Assembly (NCBI RefSeq): GCF_033153115.1
Contig: NW_026889751.1
Span: 8,680,001 to 8,744,000, forward strand
From: Saccostrea echinata
Taxonomy: Eukaryota
Reading direction: 5' to 3'
Length of the DNA stretch: 64,000 nucleotides
The notes under the pieces were generated by a model. It did no database searches, was not told where the DNA came from, and worked only from the letters and a program-made list of their open reading frames with translations. Made by a program: the position numbers and the translations under genes. The stretch's first letter is position 1, and each line of letters starts with the position of its first letter. Below, piece by piece: positions 38,601-48,076 of the stretch.

Positions 38601-41600
38601 TAGTTAGTAATACAGAAGTAAATGCTCTAAAAGGATAGATATGGCATTTATGAATTTATGAAATAATTTTTTTTCCAGAAAAATGTATCGATAGCGACTG
38701 TCCTTCAAATGCTGAGTGTTCAAACAACAAATGTACCTGTAAAACTGGCTTCATCGACGTTATGGGGACTTGTGAGAGTGAGAATTAATTGATTTATTTA
38801 TTTTTGTTATTTTTGTTAATATTTTGTAAATAATAATCGTATCAATAACAGCAGGATCATAACATAACACATCAGAATCAGTACGTCAGAAGGTCTGACT
38901 AATATTTGAATTAGATATATCGATGAGGAAGATTAATAGAGGTCAGTGTGAGATGAGGTAGATAGAAACAGTGATGAATTATAGGATTCATATATACGTA
39001 TTAAGTTTGTGCCAGTTAAGGTTGTAGTAAGTGTGAAATAAAATGTAAAAAAAAGTCTAATAAAAATTTATTATGAAATCTTGTGTAGATACTTTCAAAT
39101 ACATGTATGGTAAATATTAAAATCAAGGTAAGAGAAGTAATATTTTGAACTTTCATATTGATCTGAACTGGTTCTGGGTTGTTAAAAAGTAAACTGGTGG
39201 TTTGTGTTTAATGAATAGTTTTGTTTACATCTGAAACTCTGAAGATAATTTTCATATCCAGTTTTCCTAAATAAATATGAAGAAATCTGTAGAAAAATAA
39301 TTATTTTTCTCTCTTGCAGCTGAATGTGTAGATAAAAATTGCCAGACAAATGCACTTTGCAAAAACAACAAATGTGTCTGTGTAGATGGCTACATAGACA
39401 ATGGTGGAATTTGTGAAGGTAACAGAAATTATTGAAACGTTTAAAATGTTTAATATGTATCATCTCCAGCATTTTAGAGAATTTTTTTTCTACTCCTGCA
39501 CTTCGGTAGTGTGGTATCAGTACCGTTTAATTCAATGGAAGACATATACGTATATTGTATTGCTTACATTTTTATTTGTGGAATATAATTAAAGTGTTAC
39601 TAACCTTGCAGTAAAGTGTGTGGATAGTGCATGTCCATCGAATTCAGCTTGTGTAGACAACAAATGCAAATGTAATTCCGGATATGTAGAAATCAATGGC
39701 GAATGTGAAGGTAAGTTTTCCTCTTTTCAATATTTCTCCACTTTATACATTCTGCTGGGTTTCAGATAATATTTTAGATTAAATGATAATTCGAAAAAGT
39801 ACTGAAGTTAAGGATTCAGTTCTTATTATATACATGTATTATTATAATAGTGAAATGTGTGGACAGTGATTGTAAAGCTAATGCAGTTTGTCGCCACAAT
39901 AAGTGTACCTGTAAAGTGGGCTTCATTGAAAGAAGTGGTAGTTGTGAAGGTAAGACTACAATGACCTATCAGATACAAAACTCCTGTAAACTAGTTTAGT
40001 ACATATTTTATATGATTGACTTATTCTTCACACAAAATTGCCCTTCTCCAGATCAGTGTAAGATAAAAATTATCCAAGTCACACTTCGTTATTTTCACCA
40101 TGTAAAGATTTTACTAGTGTTTTTGGCAACCCCTTTTTTGTTTTAGAACTTTGCCACTCTTTTAACTGTCCTCGATTTGCTTCATGCGTCGACAACAGAT
40201 GCACGTGTAACAGAGGATACGTGATGATTGGAAACAAATGTGAAGGTGTGTGGAATTCGTTTAAGGAACTATCACATACTCTGACTTAACTGTCATAAAA
40301 TGTACATCTTTTTATTAATTTCTTTTCTTCTGTATGGAATTTCTATTTGTAGTTAAATGTGATGCTTCGAAATGCGCGCGAAACGCAAAGTGTCGATCCA
40401 ATAAATGCCAGTGTAAGAGAGGGTATATAGGAGACGGTGCCACTAAGTGTCAAGGTAGAACGTTAATAAATTATGTATTTGATTTCATTTTGTTGGCAAT
40501 ATTCGAAAAGATGGAAGGTAAACTTATGGGTGTTTGAATAGGCAGATAATCTTACATCTATTATTTTTGTTTGTGACACTTATTTTAAAACCAGAAAGCT
40601 GTGGAGGTAAGGTCTGTGGAAAGAATGCTCGATGTTCACGATATGGACGCAGAAGGAAATGCAAATGTGTAAGAGGCTTCTATGGCGATGGTTTCACTTG
40701 TACAGGTACAGTTTACCCACTACTATTGTATCAAAAAAGAAAAAAAAAAACTCATTTGAACAAAACGGTAATTGTTTCATCATATGTGCATGATTTCTCA
40801 GACATTTTTAATGGTATATCCTTTACCATCTCAAATGATTACTTGTTTGAAAAAAAATACAAATACATTACAAGCGACATATTTCTTTTGTTCTGCAGAT
40901 ACCTGTGGTGGAAAGAAATGTCATATGTATGCACGATGTATAAATAACAAATGTGTCTGTTCTATGGGTACTTACGGATCAGGAGAAACTTGCAAGAGTA
41001 TGTATAGTTTATTCTTGTAAATCACTGGTTTGAGCTTTCGACATGTTTAGACTTTTAGGCTAGAAAGACTTCAAAGAAATTAACTTTATGATAGTTTCGT
41101 ATCAATTCCTGATGTCTGTAAGCCTTATAAAATAAAATTATTAATTAAGATTCATTGTACTTATCGTAAAAGGTAGCGCTAATGGGGATAAATGTCTTTC
41201 ATTCCTTTTTAACAATCCTACTCATGTAACATTTTGCCCTGAAGGGTATGCTGAAATCGTGTGCATTTTAGTTATAAATTTGATTTTTTTTTTTTAGAAA
41301 ATCATAAGCGTTAAAGAAAATTTTTATACGAGTGAACAGTAGGATGATAGACCTTAGAGGGAACTTATTATTATTTTTTCTTTTTTATCGAATCACCTCT
41401 CTTCAGCTCGGTTTTCCTAGATCTAAGTAACATCGTGTTTCTTTTATTAACATATTAGGGACAAGTACTACGTACATTTAGTACCTTTATTAAGAGTAGA
41501 ATGTATAGAGTGAGGTTTGGTTCCTGATTTATTGTTTGTTTTGTGATTTATTGTATGTTATTGTCAGGACTGTGTGGGTGGAAGCGAGTTAGATGCGGTG

Positions 41601-44222
41601 ACAATGCCAGCTGCTACAGAGGAAAATGTAAATGTGACGGGGGATTCGAAGGAGACGGCATGATCTGTAAAAGTAAGTTGTTTATAAATCGGGGGAGGGG
41701 CGGTCACTTTTGCAAATTAAAATGATTGATTACAAAATACTTTCCAGCGAGAGTTTGAAGTATGGTCAAGTCAAATAATGCATGAAAAATCTTTTTGATT
41801 TTTTAAAAAATTATTTCTAGAACTATGCACATGCACAATCACGAGTGACACGTGGTATAATCTGTACGATGGGAACTTTGTGAGGTTTGCTGGAACTTGT
41901 AAATACGCCTTGTCCCAATACAGTAATTCCAGTTCCCCATGTCAATACACGACGGAGATAAAGTACAAAAAGACAGACTCTCCAAGAAAGGGAACAACGT
42001 TAGAGTATATCGAAATCTCTGCTGCAGGAAGGAAGATACACATGGGTAGAAATTTAGAAGTCATGGTAAGACTGGATTCAACCATTAAATTTGTAGAAAG
42101 ATCTTTCAAACGGCATTATAGTGAATCCATATATGTATTTATATTTTACTTCATAATGCTTATTAAAACACATGTACATTTTTATCTTCAATTATTATGA
42201 CATTTCATGTAGAATTTGGTGGTAATTTCCCTCTTGCTTATCAATATTTTTTCAATACATGTATAACCTTTTTGGTAGACAAAATGTGTACAGCTAGATG
42301 CATTTTCTTATTATGGATGCAGAAAGAATCTTTATATTTCATATCACCTTATTCTCAGGTGGACGACCTCCAGGTGTACTTACCTTACACATCTGCCGCC
42401 GTAACAATTCACTACAGCGGGCTAGGTGTGATCGTCCTTTTTAACGGCTGTAGTATTCGGTTGTTCTGGAATGGAAGGGGAATGGTAGCACTGTCTGTTC
42501 CATTAGACTTTGGTGATTCTTTGACTGGAATCTGTGGGAACTGTAACAAAAAGAGGGACGATTTGAGAATTAAAGGTGGTGAAGATGTTACGAGTTATGG
42601 ACAGGAGGCTGGGTCATATATTGGAAACAGCTATTTAGTGACAGAAATGGAGAATAACCAAACGTAAATGTCAAGATTATTTTTGATTTGTATTGCGTTA
42701 TCATCCAAAATGCTAAAGGATAGTTAGTAATCAATTCAAATTCTTTTGGTCATTAAGATTTAATGGTTAGCCAAAGAATCATAGAATCTTTAAAATTTTA
42801 GATGCGAGTCCCTTGGGTCTACCATAACATGTTGGAACCGTAGGGGCTCCTACTCGTTCAGGAAATGTGGATTGCTTAACAGGAAATACAAATATTCACC
42901 ATTCAAACGTTGTATGAAAGCGTTCCCAGAGCTTGCAGACAGAATGTATAAAGCCTGCAGGCAGGACTATTGTGCCAGTGGCCTTGAGGCTGATTCCACT
43001 CTCTGTAGACATTTAGAAGGATTCGCCACTCTGTGCGCCAAACGTGGTCAGCTCGTATATTGGAGGTACCGTGTTCCGACTTGCAAACGGAGTGAGTTAA
43101 TATTTTCTTTGCATTGCTGATTGTAAAGAATTCATATCTGCTTGTATGCTTTGTTTTGTCACCATTTGAAAAAAAAATACATATATACGATTGAAACTCT
43201 GAGAAAATAGATTTTACAAGTACTATTATTTTAATACAATACCGTTGTAGAACTTAAGTGTGGAAAGAGAAAGTTTTACTGGTGGTTTGCATCTGCATGT
43301 CCCAATACATGTATGGATCCAAATGCAGAAAAGAAATGCATTCTGCCAAAGACTGAAAGCTGTCGTTGTGCTCATGGTTTTGTCTTAAGTGGAGAAAAGT
43401 GTGTCAGGGCAAAAGATTGTGGGTGTTCAAGGGGTCCTTATTATTTTCCAGTACGTTATCATGATTATTTATTATTGTAATGGCGTATCCATAATTATTG
43501 ATTTCATCTATAAAACTTGCAAATTTTGTCTCTCCTATTCTAGTTAAAAGCAGTTTACACGAAGCCCGATTGCTCTGGAGTCGACACGTGTCGTAAATTA
43601 CCAGGCAAAAAGCGCCCTCAGTTGGTCAAGGGCAAAAAACAAACTTGTCACACTGAGGCTACTTGTGACGTCATACACGGTGTACCTCAGTGCACATGCC
43701 AGATTGGATTTACAGGGGACGGTGTCATAAAATGTAAACGTAAGTGAAAAGTAAAATTTGATCGTTTTTTATTTTAAAAAAAAACCATGCATCTCTCGTA
43801 AATATTTTGTAACTAGACACAAATATTGCATAGAATGCCATAAGTAAATCAGGCCTATGTACATGATCTCGTTAAAAAACTGACGTACACGTATGCTGGG
43901 TCCACATAATCATAAAATATTGTTCATTTTCTCTTCCATAGCGGCAACGTCGTGTTCTGTGTCAGAAAACGTTCGAAATTGCAGTGCTACTATTGAGTTA
44001 GCGGGAGAATGTTTCTACAAATCCAGACATACGCAGGCTTGTAGATACACCACGCTCAGCGTCACAGACGGCAAGAAACATCGTGCTTACGTCAAGTTTA
44101 AGGGCCAGACTAAAAGCCGATCTCTGCCCCGTGGTCACACGTCTTCGGGATGTGCAGACTTTACGTTTTCAGGAGACCGAGTTATTATAGAGGAAAAAAT
44201 ATGTGATTGTCCTGGACATTAA
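201..44222 (+). CDS. Giant multi-VWD/C8/TIL/EGF extracellular protein (FCGBP/zonadhesin/gel-forming-mucin-like), 5'-truncated; 87 exons, ~5,440 aa inside the window
   Basis: All exons listed below have GT-AG boundaries with compatible phases. There is no in-frame stop until TAA at 44220-44222 and no start or signal-peptide exon in the window. Motifs: CRASGDPHYSTYDG and GICGDCNG (VWD), GSGCPNTC...GCQCKKGFVRDGDICIPVSQCGC (TIL), and EGF Cys spacing. No transmembrane segment at the C-terminus. Confidence 0.85.
373..503. other. N run over the (TA)n site of copy 1; equivalent runs at 3936-4067, 7491-7628 and 18123-18289
   Basis: All four N runs begin after the same flank (GAACTAATATTT) and cover the position where copies 4 and 5 show (TA)n. 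Confidence 0.9.
3764..6975 (+). CDS. Cassette copy 2 (8 exons, 564 aa)
   Basis: Near-identical to copy 1; ORF-track offset +3555; A>T change in the TIL exon (ALAEV to ALTEV). Confidence 0.85.
7319..10533 (+). CDS. Cassette copy 3 (8 exons, 564 aa)
   Basis: Near-identical to copy 1, splice sites intact. Confidence 0.85.
10877..14063 (+). CDS. Cassette copy 4 (8 exons, 564 aa)
   Basis: Near-identical and gap-free; (TA)n is resolved in its first intron. Confidence 0.85.
11071..11133. repeat. (TA)n microsatellite, ~31 units
   Basis: Read directly. Confidence 0.95.
14407..17607 (+). CDS. Cassette copy 5 (8 exons, 564 aa)
   Basis: Near-identical and gap-free; private M>I change in C8 (KWIKTT). 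Confidence 0.85.
14601..14679. repeat. (TA)n microsatellite, ~39 units
   Basis: Read directly. Confidence 0.95.
17951..21165 (+). CDS. Cassette copy 6 (8 exons, 564 aa)
   Basis: Near-identical; identity with the other copies breaks down at ~21181, just after the last exon. Confidence 0.85.
22628..26778 (+). CDS. Diverged cassette copy 7. Exons: 22628-22690, 23723-23992, 24111-24227, 24388-24629, 24805-25130, 25582-25895, 26159-26370, 26631-26778
   Basis: Same eight exon lengths and phases as copies 1-6. Many synonymous changes, largely unalignable introns, GDPH retained. Confidence 0.9.
27458..28598 (+). mobile_element. Non-autonomous Helentron/HINE-like element (oyster pearl/CvA style) with ~7 internal tandem repeats of ~140-156 bp
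   Basis: 5' inverted repeat ATGCCCCCG...CGGGGGCAT, then a (GTCC/GTCT)n microsatellite. Core units begin CTTTAACCTT at ~27555, 27711, 27851, 27990, 28130, 28269 and 28414. 3' hairpin GTGTTTAACAAACAC, followed by a T-rich end. Confidence 0.75.
28626..29006. mobile_element. MITE with CAG...CTG ends and 5-bp target-site duplication CCAAT
   Basis: CCAAT at 28621-28625 and 29007-29011; imperfect terminal inverted repeats; TTAGTCGCCA motifs in both orientations near the ends. Confidence 0.65.
29197..34326 (+). CDS. Eighth VWD assembly. Exons: 29197-29259 Pro linker; 29437-29541 6-Cys EGF; 31006-31229 and 31332-31594 VWD; 32925-33217 C8; 33449-33660 TIL; 34140-34326 TILa/EGF-like
   Basis: Phase-compatible GT-AG exons; motifs FETFDGKILHFSGKCQY, GICGNCN and SGCPQTC. 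It lacks both GDPH and the DUF3011-like exon. Confidence 0.82.
29805..30751. mobile_element. Possible degenerate DNA-transposon remnant with an iterated TTACGGAAGTTAA motif
   Basis: Motif or close variants at ~29905, 30062, 30078, 30230 and 30420; weak TAAAGG...CCTTTA inverted ends. Confidence 0.3.
31714..32836. mobile_element. Non-autonomous TTAA-targeting DNA transposon (Kolobok-like), 1.1 kb
   Basis: TTAA|GGTAGTATGGGATACC ... GGTATCCCATACCACC|TTAA: a 16-bp TIR with one mismatch, TTAA on both sides, and no transposase ORF. Confidence 0.8.
33717..34090 (+). mobile_element. Degenerate Helentron/HINE-like fragment
   Basis: TTTATGCCCCC...GGCATATAGTGTTACCCC followed by a decayed TCTGTC tract, resembling the 5' end of the element at 27458. 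The right boundary is uncertain. Confidence 0.4.
34431..36575 (+). CDS. Pro/Thr/Ser-rich mucin-like linker micro-exons: 34431-34481, 35041-35106, 35574-35642, 35996-36055, 36507-36575
   Basis: Short phase 1-1 exons (51, 66, 69, 60, 69 nt), e.g. DLSTPPNAPPSTTTPAFILQTE and GTTPLTSVAIAPPTRPPILSPSI. Confidence 0.7.
37107..41672 (+). CDS. 13 one-exon EGF-like repeats: 37107-37205, 37495-37593, 37744-37842, 38047-38145, 38679-38777, 39320-39418, 39612-39710, 39851-39949, 40147-40245, 40353-40454, 40595-40705, 40899-40997, 41568-41672
   Basis: Each is a 99-111 nt phase 1-1 exon with six Cys, e.g. KCIDSDCPTNAECSNNKCTCKTGFIDVMGTCE. Confidence 0.88.
38164..38632. repeat. 37-bp intronic minisatellite, ~12.5 copies (AAATGCTATAAAACGTATCAGTTAGTAATACAGAAGT)
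   Basis: Head-to-tail units with no spacers; period 37 (38172 to 38209). Confidence 0.95.
41821..44222 (+). CDS. Ninth VWD assembly and C-terminus. Exons: 41821-42065 and 42359-42663 VWD; 42802-43091 C8; 43251-43450 TIL; 43544-43739 TILa/EGF; 43942-44222 terminal exon
   Basis: Motifs YDGNFVRFAGTCKY, TGICGNCN and SACPNTC; the protein ends ...EKICDCPGH-stop. Confidence 0.85.
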
Positions 44223-44270
44223 ATTTCAATGCATGAACAAATTGTCTATATATTTATTGTAATTTACTGG

Positions 44271-44276
44271 AATAAA
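44271..44276 (+). terminator. Polyadenylation signal of the VWD gene
   Basis: AATAAA about 50 nt after the stop codon. Confidence 0.6.
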
Positions 44277-47177
44277 ATATCTTTAAAAGATCACTGTATT
44301 CATGTACATAATGTAAAATGGACTGGGAAATAGAACGCTTACAATTGCAAATAACACATGATTAACAAAAAACAATATTATAACTGAATATGGCAAATGA
44401 AGAAGTCAGATGTGACCGAAATTGAGGAATGTCCTGCAGATTTTAAAAAATACAATTTTTTATTAACAGTATTGTTTCTTAGCGTCCATGTATATATTCA
44501 TATTCATTTTTCCTTCACTATTAAATATGATGTTTCCTCAGAATTTAGTTTCCTTTCCTGTAACAGCAAGTGAACAATGAGGTCCACTTTTCTTTGAATG
44601 TCTTTCTCTTTCGCTAGAAATGTAAATAATTGAGAAAAAAATGATTGATTCCTATTGAAAGATCAGTAATTTTCAATTTTTTTTCTTAAATATTTTTTTT
44701 TCTTTCAGTAAACTTTAAACTTCATTGAGTATTCCAGACAAAAAAATATGAAGATTACTTTATATCTTTATTGTTTTGTTTAATACTTAATACGGTTTTT
44801 TTACGGATGAAAAATGTCCAGAATAATTGTAGAGAAACATGATTTTTTCAGTGGTAGTGATACGAGTAAATATATAGAGGAAATTTAGAAATAAGTAGAT
44901 TTAAAGCAAATTCTAGTACTTCTAGTGATTAGCTGAGAACTACTTACTGATCAATGAATTACTTACAGTTCGACCTGTCTGTGTTAATCCATTTTTCTTA
45001 CCAACAGCACTCTCATTTTTCAGCTGCTGTAAAGCACTTCCGATTATGTTCTCAACGTACAACTGAAAATATTTATACATAAATGAAATGTGTTAATCAT
45101 TTTAAACGAAGTATTATATGGAGTATAAAAAGCATGACTTTACGTAGGTTATTTCTTCTTTTACCTCAACTTCCGCTGGATCTGGTTCTACACCCACTTT
45201 AACGTTGTTATTTTTATTTAACGACATGGTTTGGAGTACATCTATAGATAACCTACTGATATTTAAATTCCTGTAAAAAACAAATCAAAATTAAAGATTT
45301 TCAAGTTTTATTCAAAATCGGCATATTAAATTAAATGAAAACATTCAAATTATTGAGAAAATTGCTCACAAAATTCTAATATTTTAATAATATCTTTTAA
45401 AGAGCATTGTATTTTTTCAAAACAGAAATTTTGTCAATATACAGAACCAACATATACTTTAAGGGGAAAAAAACGTATGAGAACCGGGATCATGAAACAG
45501 ACTTAGACTTGAGTCAAAATTTCAATTATCTGTAAGATGATTATTTCGAACTGAAACTATTTAATTTGCACATAGCAGTAGTTTGGTGATTTTTGGCTTC
45601 TAGATTATTTCAAAGATTTTGACGTAAGCTAAAGATGTTTTGTGATTCCAAGGGAATTTCGAGTTCTTTCGGCTATGAATTGGGTTCTCCATTCAATGAA
45701 CTACGTTGGTAATTCAAATTTAATTAAATCACTGGTGAACGAGCGAAATGAGAATGTATACAAGTTAACGATAAAGATTTGTGATGTTAAATGTTTTAGA
45801 GACCAAAATGAATATACATGTAGTGCACATCTTTCAGGTTAACATTTTAATTAACATTAAAAGAAAATATTCTATAATGTTGTTATCTATTTAGGATAAA
45901 AATTATTATTTTTATTATTATTATTTTTGACGTGGCAGTTCAGTTCATTTTATTCTCTAAAAACCATGTAAATGGTACGTGAGGTACAAAATATATATAT
46001 ATATATATAACACATATACATACAATGGGTCAAGCAAGAAGTGTGAGTCAAGTCTAGCTAGAGAGGGAGAGGAGATGAAACAATTAATTTTAGTAATAAA
46101 CGAACAGCGCTTTCTTAAAATTTCAACATCTTTTGAGCACTTAATTTCACAAAACTTCATAATATTTGGCTTATAACAAAATTTCTGGCTCAAGATTTTT
46201 TTCCCCTCAACTATCCTAAAACATTATATTCTAAAATATAGTGGTATTCATCTGTTCTCTCTTTACTATAGCACAAAATACAAAGTCGTTCATTGCCTGT
46301 TTCGACTGGGAGGTGGTGATTTTACAAGAGTTTTCCAAAATTTACATGATAACAGAGATAGATAATTTTGGTCTTAAAAATTCTGTAATTTACACATTTG
46401 AACATTCTCGAACTTCACTATTCCACTTCAGAATATATTGATATTTTAACCTTTGTTTGACTGTTGCATTTATCCATTTTACATTACAATGTATGAAAAG
46501 TTTGCTCATACTATAAATTTGATAAACAACAGTTGTCAAAAATACTTTAACAAAGGAAATCCGGGAATTTGCTGCTTCACCTTAATTATATTGTTTACGC
46601 AGATACAAATATACAATTCTACACAATTTATTTTCTTTTCCATACACAAGTTTTGTTCAGTATGACTCTATAATATATATTAAACTACTTTATCAAACAA
46701 ATCCAGGTGACATTCAAAGTGTAAGTCATATTGGCTAATCTTACGTATCACACCATGCATTGCCTTTTGTGCTTGTTAACACAAACGTTTTCTTGCTTTG
46801 TATAATTAACCCAAACGTGAAAATACAATCCCCAAGTAATTCAACATGTTACCATTATAAGGAAAATTTTTTTTGTGGTCTACTCTTTGAAAAAAAAAAA
46901 AATTTTTGTCTTTTATATATATATATATATATATATTTATGCATAATATACAATTTTCACAATATTAGCCTCGCAGAGATCTAAGATCAAGAGTCATAAT
47001 CAAATTCACATCTTCCTCCAGAGAAAAATCAACGAACAAAAAAATGTGAATAGAAGAAAGAAACGAAAGTTTAATTATGTTTAAATGAATAGAAGTGGAG
47101 TATACTTGCCAAGTATCAAATGTATCAAGTATTAAAAACTTACCGCCAGCATTTTCTTTCTTCAACGATAGGCTATT

Positions 47178-47248
47178 GTGACGTCACTGATTATTTATCT
47201 TAGCAATGCAGAGATAGTGACGTCATTCATTGTTCAATGGACGGAAGC
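47178..47248. promoter_or_regulatory. Two perfect CRE palindromes (TGACGTCA at 47179-47186 and 47218-47225) and a CGGAAG ETS-like core, upstream of TKFC-1
   Basis: Exact motif matches 39 bp apart, ~850-900 bp before the ATG. Function is inferred. Confidence 0.4.
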
Positions 47249-48076
47249 AGCTGAATATTTCATGTTTATATTCATTCGAAATGCACAAACGCGTAGTATA
47301 CACGTCGAGCATACCTCGTGTACAAAGCATATATAACTACATGTACCATAAAAAAGCAAACGAAACAAAACATTTCATTATTAAATGATGTCAATATATG
47401 TTAATACTATGTCTTTTTTGTTTCATCAGAGGCAATGAAAAACATTTGTTCATTTTATGCATAAGTATATTATTGCTGCTTTCTTTAACTAAAGTCATAT
47501 ATGGCGTATTTTTGATAAGTTCAGACTAACTAAAATTAAAAAGATCTTTCTATTTGTTTTATTACTTTATATAAAGATAGGACTTTCCTGTAAATTACAA
47601 ATTTTGATTAAATCAATCGCGTTTCATAGATATAAGAAATTTAAAACAATAACCGATTCATTTTCCGACTCCGCATTTAAATATCAGACTCAGTTTTAAG
47701 TCAATTTAACTATAGAAACGAAGGGTTATTCAAGTTCAAAAACGGTGAAAATTATAAATTTGAACGTAATTTTGTATAACAAATATCATGTTCATCTGCA
47801 CTCAATCTTGTACTTTTTATTTTTAAGGTCAGATACGCCATATATAGCTATAATATTGATAAGCATTAAATTATCAATTTATGTTTTTAAATGCGTTGAC
47901 GTAAAATACAGGTTTCATGAGTATTTAAAAATGTATTGTACCGCGACAGCTGTTGTTGTTATTCCGGAAAAAAGCTCTGTCAACTTTAACTTTTGCTTGA
48001 CTTTCGATTTTCAAACACTTTGAAGATACAGACTATTCATTCAGTCTACATTTCCTCTGCTACAGTGATCGTTATC

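Noticed and set aside
38164-38632. 37-bp repeats as a CRISPR array
   Set aside because: Units are head-to-tail with no unique spacers, lie in a spliceosomal intron, and no cas genes are present.
201-44222. Naming the gene ZAN, FCGBP, VWF or a MUC
   Set aside because: It shares the VWD-C8-TIL modules, but no MAM, TM or CTCK domain is visible, the N-terminus is missing, and orthology cannot be shown from this window.
44300-48000. Short ORFs in the intergenic region (45642-47165, 47745-48023)
   Set aside because: AT-rich low-complexity translations with no motifs or consistent splice structure.
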